A stretch of 63,779 nucleotides of DNA, the filler included, from Octopus bimaculoides (taxonomy: Eukaryota): NCBI RefSeq assembly GCF_001194135.2. It is 5 parts of 5 records of this genome, joined end to end, with 100 filler letters (N's around TTAATTAATTAA, not from the genome) between each part and the next. Parts side by side here need not be neighbours in the genome. Positions count along the whole stretch, not along the records: positions 11,908 to 30,782 come from NC_068982.1; 4 more parts are not named here. One strand, 5' to 3'. Position 1 is the stretch's first letter, and each line of letters starts with the position of its first letter. The position numbers were made by a program, and so were the translations under genes. The notes below the pieces were generated by a model. It did not search any database. It had not been told where the DNA came from and saw only the letters and a list, made by a program, of their open reading frames with translations. Below, one piece after another: positions 11,808 to 22,357 of the stretch.

Positions 11808-12727
11808 NNNNNNNNNNNNNNNNNNNNNNNNNNNNNNNNNNNNNNNNNNNNTTAATTAATTAANNNNNNNNNNNNNNNNNNNNNNNNNNNNNNNNNNNNN
11901 NNNNNNNGAGAGAAAGAGGTGTGTGTGTAATATATATATAAATATAGGTATGTGTGTCTTAGGATTGGTACCCTACGACTGCTTGACTGATAGAAGAATT
12001 ACTAGGCTTCAGAAAAAATATAAGTACTCGGGTTGGTTTGCGCAAAAAAAAAAAAAAAATTCACAGTAGTTCCCTAGTATGGCCACATTTCCATGACAAA
12101 CAGGTAAAAGACTTGTTTGTTCCTGCTTCTCATTTTTGACTTTCTTTAAACAGAGAACTTTCATCAACTTGTGGATTCAGAGAATGCTTATTTTTTTGTC
12201 TGGATTGTCAAAAGAGAACTGAATCTAGACTCATCCTAAAAGGTCATTAGAAATTGAATGAGGGTATGGTTCTTCTCTTAAAGACTTAGTTAATGGTTTT
12301 ATTCTATAAAATAACTTTAAACAAAGTATTTACTCTCCTGAAATGCCAACTGTGTTATTCTTAAATTAATGATACAAAAATATGTGGATTTTATTTAAAG
12401 TAATTTTCTTGAGGCATCATATCTATTTGTGTTCATATACTCAATGCCAATAACAATTTGTGAAGTTTTGAATAATCTTTTTCTTCCTATTTAAATTCAG
12501 ATAATATCCTATGGTATCTTTTTACTATTACATCCGCTTCAAGAGAAAGGTGTTATAAGAAAAATTTACCAGAAAAAAAGGCATGGAACTGGGGGTGCAA
12601 AAATGTAAAATTTTTGACCAAAAATTCTTTGACAGGAGGAAGCAATCACCCAATCCTTTGCACTTTTCCTTCTCCATGAAGGATCAGAGTTTGGAGACGT
12701 ATGTAATAATAAAAATTTAGCATATCT

Positions 12728-13372
12728 AAACAGATACACCCCACCTACTTTGTTTCCTCATAAGATCCAGAAAATAGGTATTTTTTAACGAAATCTTTTA
12801 CAAATAAGCTTCAGATGGTGCATATTCTGATTACATCGGGATTTGATAAAGATTATTTTTCTGAGAGTAGAGAGAGGAGTTTCGAAAAATTCACATGAAT
12901 CAGATTTGTTTCTTCATAACTTCGAGAAAAATGGGTACATTGTTGTGAAATTTTCTACAAATACCTTTCAGATGGTATAGATTATGATTACATCGGAATA
13001 CATACTGACACACCGCGTTTTCAAAATTTCCAGTTTCATTTTGTGATGTGTCAGTATATATGTCTGCGAGCACACCGATTTTTTTTTTTACATATTAACT
13101 TCCGATATAATCGTAATCTATACCATCTGAAATGTTTTTGTAGAAAATTTCATTAAAAAATACCCATTTTTCTGAAAGTTATGAAGAAGCAAAAAGCGAT
13201 TCGTGTGAATTTTCCGAAACTCATCTGCGGAAAATTTTTTTCACAAAATATTCTGATAAAATCGGAATATACACCAGCTGAAGCATACTTTGCATGAAAT
13301 TTCATTATAAAATACCCATTTTCTAGAAGTTATAAGGAAACAAAATCGGCGGTGGTGGGGGTACACTAGTGC
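12728..13372. mobile_element. Foldback element with about 270-bp modular inverted arms
   Basis: 12728-12990 is the imperfect reverse complement of 13090-13370. Each arm holds two about 140-bp subrepeats. Central TACTGACACA/TGTGTCAGTA hairpin. Confidence 0.8.
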
Positions 13373-15565
13373 AGGTGCGCCAAAAATTTATCTTTTTTAT
13401 CATGTATAAAGCTTTTGGTTATGTGAAAGATGAACATGTTATCGTAAACTAACCTAAGTACATTAAGCAGGTTTTATTTATGTCGAAGAAAGGCTAACTC
13501 CAGCAAAATTTGAACTCCAAAACCAAGAAGGATGGTAGTAAAAATTCTGTAATGCATTTCATTCAGTCTCAGTTTGGCTTTAAATATCAACTTCTCCATA
13601 CGTTTCCTTTCAACAAGTTTTCTTTATATGATCAAGAAGTAAATTGTTTACTTAAGATGAAAAGATCGTCTTAAGGAGATGTCTTTAATAAGCGGATAAA
13701 AAGCAACTACATTTACTGCTATTGATTGTAGCTGTGGTGGCGATGGTTTCGCATTGTGTTTATATACTAACTGGTAACATGAGAGCAATCACTGCTCACT
13801 ACTAACGCTAATAATACAAGTACCTTTATAACGTTGTTATTAACATTTCACAGGCAATGTGAAGAGCAGTTCTAATAATTAGAGAAAAAGAGAGAGAGAG
13901 AGAGAGAGAGAGTGAGAGAGAGAGAGTGAGAGGTATGTTAGAATAGTTATTTACTCTTTTACTGAGTTCGACTTAGTAATAAGAATTAAGATTAAGTGAT
14001 GTTAATATATTGTCGGAAAAAAATTACCTCGAGGTATTTGGTTACGAGTCTTTTTGCGCTCTGAGTTCAACTCCTGCCAGTCAATTTTGATGTTAATGGC
14101 AAATCCCCAGTTTTTTAAGGATTTATGTTTATGTTAGAATTCAGTATTTTATTTAGGGAATAGATTTGGGATAAAATGAGAGATGGAAAATTAAAGAAAA
14201 AAAAAAAAACAGGGGTGGGGAGAGAAATAAATAAAAAAGAGAGTAGTGGCGAGTGAATAAAGAATTGAATGTTATTCTAGCAGCAAGAGTGCGGGAGAAA
14301 CACCTTATATTCTACACGGCCATTGATATGGAACTAGAGAAGTTGGGCGGGTGGTAACGTCTTTATATAGCTAATGTTTTACAGTCTTTTGTCAATTACT
14401 ATTGTTGTTGGATCAGTGCAAACTGTGCGTTTGCTATTAAAACATTTAAGAATGGTGAATTTGGGAGGATATTTTTTGCAGTACGTTGCAGCCGACGCTG
14501 AGTGGTATCAACACACACACACACACACATATATATATACAGGAATGTTGACAAAATTGCTAACAACTTGAGGACATGGCGGTGGGATCAAGCCTAAGTA
14601 ACACTAACAGAGCTACGTAAAGAAATCTGAAGTGGTGGTAGGGACAAACAAAACATTGAGATAGAGAGAAGCAATAAGAGAAAGGTGTGTGTGTTGTGTT
14701 TAATTATCTCTGAGGCCGACACGTATGAAATAAGAAAATATCAAATAATTGAATTATCTTTCCAAAGTAAATAGAATTACTCCGAGTATTACGTTCGTGA
14801 TTTTTAATTCACATCATCTAAATATGCTCTACCCTGTTATTCCTGAATATAATTATTATAATATACTTATAATAAAGAATTGAATGTTATTCTAGCACCA
14901 AGAGTGATTTCATAACGTTCTTTATTTGCCTTCAAGTCGACTGAATAAATTTAACGAGTGTGTTCTTATCTCATTAAAGGCTCATTGTATTCTGAAGAAT
15001 CGCCAAAGAAACGATATATTTTTTTTAATAATCAATTACAATATTTGTAGTGTTAGTAAAATAAATAATACCTTCTCCGTTGAAGTGCAGAAAAATAAAT
15101 AAAATATATTAATGGTTTCCCGCCAAAAACAGATAAAACAAAACAGCGACAATATCGCAGACTCACTGGCGCTAACAATGTTTTTTTTTTTTTTCAATAT
15201 GGAATACAAGAGAATTTGGGGAGAATGGAAATGAGAGGTTGCAACGTTCATGGCTTTCCCGGTGGTATTTTATGATGCATGTGAAATAATATGGTTGTAA
15301 TACAACTGGGAATCGAAACCAGCTTATGCCAACATCTCGACTGTGTGGGAGTCGAAATTATCGCAGTCTGGGATTTCTATTTATACGATTACATAAATAT
15401 ATCTATGGAAGGATAAAATAGGCATTTTTATAAACATAAGTAGTCTTAGACAATTGTTTCCAACAAGATTTCATTGTCGTTGGCAAAATGCGTTTACAGA
15501 TCTCTGTAAGCTTTCATACATATTTGGAGTCGCGAATCATATGTTGTTGGTTATGGCCACTCAGA

Positions 15566-15626
15566 AAGTTACTGTTGGTTTCACATCTATTGTTGCACTC
15601 AGCAATATAGGCAACTCATCAGTCCC
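15566..15626 (-). ncRNA. Type I hammerhead ribozyme motif, degenerate stems (family of 42161-42220)
   Basis: GGGA-CTGATGA-GTTGCCTATA...ATAGATGT-GAAA-CCAACAGTA-ACTT. Confidence 0.55.
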
Positions 15627-15689
15627 CTCCACAACAAACTTGTCCCTACTTCTCACATAATACATTATCCTCTCAACACCTCACATAAA

Positions 15690-16120
15690 GTGACTATGTT
15701 ATCTTTTATTTTCTCTCACATGCAAGCAAACTCTTTAGTTTCAACATTAGAAGGCAACCTCACTAGAGCTAGTGTCACAAAGAAAGCACCCAGTACAACC
15801 TGGAAAGTGGTTGGCATTGGGAAGGACATCCAGTTGCAGCAAGCATGTCAAAACACTGGAGCAAAACGTGCTCCACCCCTTTAGATTCTGTCTCGCCATG
15901 CAGACATAAAAATGATGATATCAGCTTGGAGTTCATTGTCTAGCAAGCTGCATGGTGACCTCATGAGTTGTTGGCATGAAAAAAGCACCAAGTACTGTTA
16001 AGAAGGGTGTCCAGCCATAGAAATCATGCCAAAGTAGACATTGAAGCATAAAACAGTCTTTGCACCCATCAGATCTTGACAACCCATCCAACCAATGAAC
16101 ATTAGAAGATGCTGCTGATA
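15690..16120. mobile_element. Two decayed RTE-tail fragments in opposite orientation
   Basis: GTGGTTGGCATTGGGAAGGACATCCAGTTGC and AAAAAGCACC motifs shared with 7400-7592. Confidence 0.6.
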
Positions 16121-16669
16121 ACACACACATATGTAAGTGTGAACCAAGTACTGTTTCTTTTTCTGCTGTGTTTTAAGTTGGGTTCATGGCTTCTTCAACA
16201 ACCTAGGTCTCCAAATATCTGTGGAGTACAGTCAAAAGCCAACACTTGACTATCTAACTTCTATTACCCCTACCATAAACCAAACGAATCTTTGCATTAC
16301 ATCCATATTCACTAAAATCAACCAAGTAGCATAATCAACCACCTTATTCCTAATGTCACTGGAAGACTTATCTGCCTTTTGGCAAACAGACAAATCTTTC
16401 AATTAGCTGCATTTTAATATAACGATGCTCTTCACAGGTGTGGTAACACAAACAAAATCACATTTATAACAGAAAATAAAACATTGCTTGGTTCACATCT
16501 CCATACAACATAAATGTAGTTACACCTATAGGTAAAATCATGATCCTACTTAAAAAACATTTTCCTTCAAGTTACAAATATTACAAAATCTTCAACATAA
16601 ATACAGTAATTCCCCTCCTCCTCATCATGAAATTTTAATATATATATGAATAAATTTAATCAGAGGATA

Positions 16670-16719
16670 TATTAACCTCATGAAGGGATGGTTGCATCCA
16701 AGGAAAAACTGGTCCAATA
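16670..16719 (+). ncRNA. Degenerate hammerhead-like motif
   Basis: CTCATGA-AG-GGATG-GTTG-CATCC-AAG-GAAA-AACTGGTC-CAATA. Core has G5>C. Confidence 0.3.
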
Positions 16720-17123
16720 CCTAGCATCTTGGGTGAATTAAATTCCCTTAAAACAAAGGTATATATTAAGCATATAGTTTATATTCATTTAAAAGAGAAA
16801 GGAAAATGGAAAGGAAGTTAATAATTGTTTATTTACAAATTGGTCATCTTTGCTTATTACAGCCGTTTCAGTTAATACAAGATAATTTAATTACAAATTT
16901 GTACATTAAATTTACATTTATGTGACATGAGTATAATTTCATTAAAGAAAAAAAGATGTACCTTTGGATGTTATATGCGGGCCAATCCATTTGTAATTAA
17001 ATTATCGAGTATTAATTGAAACAGCTATAAGAAGTGAATATGACCAATCTGTTAATAATAAACAATTAATTAACTTCCTTATCTCCATTTTCTTTCTTCT
17101 ATACATACATATATATATATAAG

Positions 17124-17237
17124 TGCAGGTGTGGCTGTGTGGTAAGAAGCTAGGTTCATAACCACATGGATTTGGGTTCAGTCCCACCAAAGCCCTGTGA
17201 GTAGGTTTGGTAGAGGGAAACTGGAAGAAGCTCATTG
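17124..17237 (+). mobile_element. SINE family A, internally deleted
   Basis: GGCTGTGTGGTAAG head joined to the AAAGCCCTGTGAGT...GAAACTGGAAGAAGC tail. Confidence 0.7.
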
Positions 17238-17290
<53 letters not shown>

Positions 17291-17329
17291 GTAGGAGTAG
17301 ATGTCTTGAAAATATGGTAGCCAAAGTAA

Positions 17330-18830
17330 GTAGAAGCTGAAAAAAGTGCAAGAAGAGATGCAAATGGCTTCTCCTTCAGAAAAAAGAGCAGCTTTTATGA
17401 GCTTTGGTATAACCTGCAATATTGGTTTTGAATGCAGGAGATGTGCATGTATGTTCGACCTTCTGAACTGATCATTACAAGAGATTAAATGTTCAAACTT
17501 GCAAACTTCTCAGTGCTACAGGAAACTTCAACATCAGTGGAGATACATTATTTACATTTGACGGATATTTGTCCTCATCTTCTTTGTTGTTAACACGTTT
17601 CGGCTGATATACCCTCCAGCCTTCTTCAGGTGTCTTGGGGAAATTTCAAACCTGGATTCTCACTAAGGTATTTTTCGATGTTATTATTATTATTATTGTT
17701 CAGGTAGCTGCTTGGAATTGAACTCGGAATCTTGGGTTTAGTAGCCTGCGCTCTTAACCACTATGTTCTTAACTCAGGTTCAAAATTTCCCCAAGACACC
17801 TGAAGAAGGTTGGAGTGTATATCAGCCGAAACGTGTTAACAACAAACAAGATGAGGACATGTATCCGTTGAATGTAAACAATGTACATAAGTCCTCATCT
17901 CTTAAATATAGAACTGTATCAGTGGAGATGTTGACAGGCTATAGTTTTCATGCAAAGATGGCGGTTGTGGTCTCAAATCTGTATTGATGTCATATGAAGC
18001 ACATACTGTGACACTGAAACAACATGTTGCCCAAGTTTGTGACCATAATATCAATAACATAATTAGGATAGTTAATGAACTTGAGGAGAAGTATGAAATA
18101 AGAGATGATACAGATCTCTCGCCAAGGATCGTTGGTAAATGGACCAGCTCACTAAGATAGTATGTAGGTTCTTGGCATAAAAAACAAAAACCATGGAAGG
18201 GATTGATTATGTCAAAAGCTTTTCATGGTGTATCGGCAAGTTTATGACATCCTACTTTGAAGGCTGCCTCCATGCAACTCAAGAATAAGAAGTCCCCTCC
18301 AAGTACCTACAGCATAACAGGCAGAAAACCACAGACAACAAATGTAGGCTGTGCAAGACTAAGGCTGAAGGCATCAACCACATTATTGTCAACTGTGAGA
18401 GAATGTCTTCCAGATTGTATCTTCCCATGAGGCATGACACAATAGCTAGAATGGTCCGGAACAGGATAGCAAAAACAAAAACACTTACAGTTCAAGTTGA
18501 TTATATTGAGACAGATAGATTAAAAGAAAAACACAACCAGCCAGATATTGTATGGGACTACAATGAAGATATATCCTGCTGTGGAAATCAATTGCTCTCT
18601 GGACACCAATGTGGTTCAAAAAATACGCTAGAGAAAGTGGACATCTATGGACCATTGATAAGGAATTTGAAAATCCAGGACCCAAGATATACTTTCAGTT
18701 TCAGACCTATTATTACTAGAGCAATAAGATACATACTATCCTGTCTGGAGCAAAGTATGACAGGATTTGGGTTCATACACTACAGACGATCATGACCTTC
18801 TTAAGATTTAAAGGATGATAGCTAAAACAA
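17330..18830 (+). mobile_element. R4/Dong-like RLE LINE relic (interrupted at 17545-17917)
   Basis: SGDVDRL..KDGGCGLK; CRLCKTKAEGINHIIVNCERMSSRLYLPMRHDTIAR (CCHC knuckle); NQPDIV (RLE PD motif). Confidence 0.85.
17545..17917. mobile_element. Non-autonomous element: inverted hammerhead-bearing arms flanking a tRNA-like head
   Basis: 12-bp TSD ATCAGTGGAGAT (17533-17544 and 17918-17929). About 110-bp inverted arms each contain CTGAAGA-AGG(C/T)TG...CAGCC-GAAAC. Minus-strand A/B boxes and (AAT)n lie between the arms. Confidence 0.85.
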
Positions 18831-19466
18831 GATGCTTTCCTTCACAACTTTGCTACAAAGTAGGTGGTCAGTCAAAATTTATTTTAAGTCTTTTAAAAAA
18901 GAGAACAGACATATGTAATTACATACTCACGTAAGTACGTACACACACACACATTAACGTCCACTATTCTAAGCTTGTTAAGCCTAGAAAACCTGCTCCA
19001 ATGCATTTGCTTGGCACATAAGTTTGTAAATGTGGACATTAAAAAAGAAGTTGTGCATACATACACACACATATCCCTTATTTGCAATAAAAGCATTATA
19101 AAATAAAATAGCCATCTATGTATTTACTGCAGTTAATTTGCCTTTCAACGATTTACTTACATTAAGTATGATACGTAGACAGCTATATGTATCTGTGTAC
19201 ATGTATATTTATGTATGTGTTCGTTCGCGTGTGTGTATGTAGATGTTGAATATTAGATTTTTCTCTCGCCCAGTCATGGTATCAACTTAAAAGTAAAATA
19301 CGTCTTCTGAGTGGTGGTTCAGGGTTTTTGAAATCAACATTCAAGTCCATCAGTCCTATTCTATAGCTGCACTCGTAGGCATAATAATGTCTTAGATTTT
19401 GACACAAAGCCAGTAATTTTAAGGGGAGTAAGTAAATCGATTGCTTCGATTCTAGTACTTAACTGG

Positions 19467-19691
19467 AACTCAAGAACCATCTCTTCCAACCTGTGGCGTT
19501 TGAGACGTTCAGAGCGACTGGGTCACTAACCGTGAAGTTCTTGTCAACGTAAGCAGCTCGCCTCACCGAGGTGTCAGGTGATGCCTATGAGGGCGCTTGC
19601 TTTACAAACGTCTTGGCTTCGCCATCGCTCGTGGTAATGCTGCGTGCGCGCTGGCTTGCGGTATGCGACCAGTTGCTGTGATAAAAAAAAA
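19467..19691 (+). mobile_element. CRE-clade LINE 3' end with poly(A)
   Basis: FQPVAFETF..FLST*AARLTEVSGD.. then (frameshift) KRLGFAIARGNAACALA. This matches the CRE RLE C-terminal P.A.ET...QRLS.AI.RGNA motif. Confidence 0.7.
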
Positions 19692-20510
19692 TTCCCCATA
19701 AATGGTTTCAATACAGTTTTAACAGAAAGGTTTGGGAGAATTAGATGAAAGTTCTCCGGTAATTTTCTTTCATGGTAAATAAATGTTGATTTAAAAATTT
19801 GCCTGCGAAATTTTATAAAATGACAATGTTCTAAAAGATGTACATTTTCCAAAATTAAAATAAAGGTTTTTATTTTTTCACCGAGTAAAAATTTTATCAA
19901 CTTCCAAGGGATGAAAGACAAAATTGACCTCGACGGAAATTGAATAATAATAATAATTTACGAGAGGGACATTTGATGAGGGGAATTTTACAAGGACAGT
20001 AAACAGAACAGAATATTCTCAATAGTAATGTGTGTGTTCGTGTTTATCTATTTCCCCCCCAGCATTAGCAACTGGCGCCACGCTGCAAGAATAAATATAA
20101 CAAGGCATAATTCTTCATAATGTATTTCGCTTCAGAGAAACAGCAATTGTAGTACTTATTATTATTTAATTAAGTGAAAGTAAATAGTATATAATTAAAC
20201 ATTTGACACAATGACCCTCCCGAGATACAACAAAATCATTTTTATCTTGTAAGAATTTTTTTCCTGACAAGCCATATCACTTAATTAGATTGCTAATCAA
20301 AAATAATGAAATGATAATTACTAAAAAAAAAAATTAACGAATGCTAAAAAAAGGAAGGATCTCAGCTTCAACTCGTGTAAATTTACGCACATTTTTCGTT
20401 ATAACAAAACCCGCCACGTTTAATACATAAAACTAGTCCATAAGTTCGAATTCAGTCATTATTCCTCTCTGTACACATACACGCTCGTGTTTTTATTGAT
20501 AATCGGTTGA

Positions 20511-20613
20511 AGTTAGAGTGACTCAAAGGGTGAGAGTTTCGTGCGTCGGCACTTACCAAACCAGTTTAAGTGCCAATGCGCGAAATTCTCGGTCCTCGAG
20601 TCACTCTATAACT
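20511..20613. repeat. Collapsed MITE-like hairpin
   Basis: TAGAGTGACTC/GAGTCACTCTA and GAGAGTTTCGTGCGTCGGCACTTA/TAAGTGCCAATGCGCGAAATTCTC pair. One arm recurs at 20983-21025. Confidence 0.65.
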
Positions 20614-20729
20614 TAGGCCGATTATTAATAAAAAGGTATATAAACTCATGTTTTGAGTGCTATTTTCCTGTTTGAATATCTCTCTCTCTCACATACACAC
20701 ACACACACACAAACATTAATATTTAGCAG

Positions 20730-20966
20730 AAGTAGGGCGGCGAACCGGCAGAATCGTTAGCACGCCGGGCGAAATGCTTAGCGGTATTTCGTCTGTCTTT
20801 ATGTTCTGAGTTCAGATTCCACCGAGGTCGACTTATGTTTTCATCCTTTCGGGGTCGATAAAGTAAGTACCAGTTACGCACTGGAGTCGATGTAATCGAC
20901 TTAATCCCCTTGTCTGTCCTTGTTTGTCCCATCTATGTTTAGCCCCCTGTGGGCAATAAAGAAATA
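20730..20966 (+). mobile_element. tRNA-derived SINE family B (GGCAGAATCGTTAG head), young
   Basis: 12-bp TSD AATATTTAGCAG (20718-20729 and 20967-20978). CpGs intact. Confidence 0.9.
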
Positions 20967-21333
20967 AATATTTAGCAGCAGAATAGAGTGACTCAACGTC
21001 CGAGAGTTTCGTGCGTTGGTGCAAAAAAATACATATACTCAAATCTTGAGTTCTATTTATTCCTGTTTGCATCAACNNNNNNNNNNNNNNNNNNNNNNNN
21101 NNNNNNNNNNNNNNNNNNNNNNNNNNNNNNNNNNNNNNNNNNNNNNNNNNNNNNNNNNNNNNNNNNNNNNNNNNNNNNNNNNNNNNNNNNNNNNNNNNNN
21201 NNNNNNNNNNNNNNNNNNNNNNNNNNNNNNNNNNNNNNNNNNNNNNNNNNNNNNNNNNNNNNNNNNNNNNNNNNNNNNNNNNNNNNNNNNNNNNNNNNNN
21301 NNNNNNNNNNNNNNNNNNNNNNNNNNNNNNNNN

Positions 21334-21375
<42 letters not shown>

Positions 21376-21376
<1 letters not shown>

Positions 21377-22204
21377 TACACTACATATGTGAGAAATTCT
21401 GTCTGTGGGTGTGTTTGTGGACTCCATCTACATCGTTTTATCAATTTTGATGAAACTTGACACGTGAATAGAACTCATGTCTGGAAATCTCATGACATAC
21501 TCAGATTGTTGAAAAAAATCGATAATATGGCCCCTGGAAGGGATCCTTATATATAGTGAACGGAAATAACCCATTCATTTTCCTAAATTATTTGGTAAAA
21601 TGAAATTGAGCATGCTTATTTCTTCGTATTTGAATTGTTAGAGTTATTTTCGCAATTTATCCAGTACAACCTTTAAACAAGTAAATAGTATTTTCCTAAA
21701 CAATAGATCCACTTATTTCGGTTAGTGACTTATTCACGAATATACCAACACTAACTCCCCTGGGAGTAATATTCTCTGGGAACGCACAAAAGCCCAGTTA
21801 TTTACTTTGAATTGTTAGTATCTCATATCTGATTACCCTGTTATTCCATAACATGCTTCACGATTTTAGTATATATACCTTATAAGTATTTCCTCCTATG
21901 TTCTATATGCTCTGGGAATGCATTAAAGCCCTTTTCGGGGCTACTTTATCTGAATTCTTACAATCGATTAACTAATTTCATGTTATTACATAACTGACTT
22001 CAAAATTTGGGTATTCATAACTTATTGGGAAATTCCAAAAAAAACAAAATCCTGTGTAAGACAGTTCGATATTCTCTGTAAATGTACAAAAACCGTTTTA
22101 AGAGCTACAAACTTTGTATTGTTATTGGATTAGCGAAACAATTATGAGAACGGAACCGAGATATAAGCCCCGCTTTCCCGGGAATTACCGGGTACGTCAG
22201 CTAA
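21376..22204 (+). mobile_element. Non-autonomous Helitron
   Basis: 3' hairpin CCCGG-GAATTA-CCGGG then CTAA|T. The body recurs at 52288-52680. 5' end approximate. Confidence 0.7.
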
Positions 22205-22291
22205 TACACACACACACACACATATATATAAGGAGAAAGACAATTTTAAATCTGTGAGTGAGAAATAAGTAGTAACAGTACTATAGAGTAA

Positions 22292-22357
22292 AGTCTATTT
22301 GTCAACGTAAAATGGCAGTCCGGATCGGGACTGCCACTCTTCGTAGGTAAATAGACT
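22292..22357. ncRNA. 30-bp stem-loop, pre-miRNA-like (unverified)
   Basis: 22292-22321 pairs with 22328-22357, 4 mismatches, 6-nt loop. Single copy in the window. Confidence 0.3.

Noticed and set aside
11852-11863. TTAATTAATTAA islands inside N-runs (also 30827-30838, 57136-57147, 61238-61249)
   Set aside because: An identical palindrome with stops in all six frames, centred in gaps. This is an assembly spacer, not biology.
14985-15025. CTGAAGA..GAAAC motif
   Set aside because: No stem II and weak stem I.
16301-16375. Possible minus exon ADKSSSDIRNKVVDYATWLILVNMD
   Set aside because: The acceptor (AAAAG) is poor and several alternative donors exist. Too weak to list.
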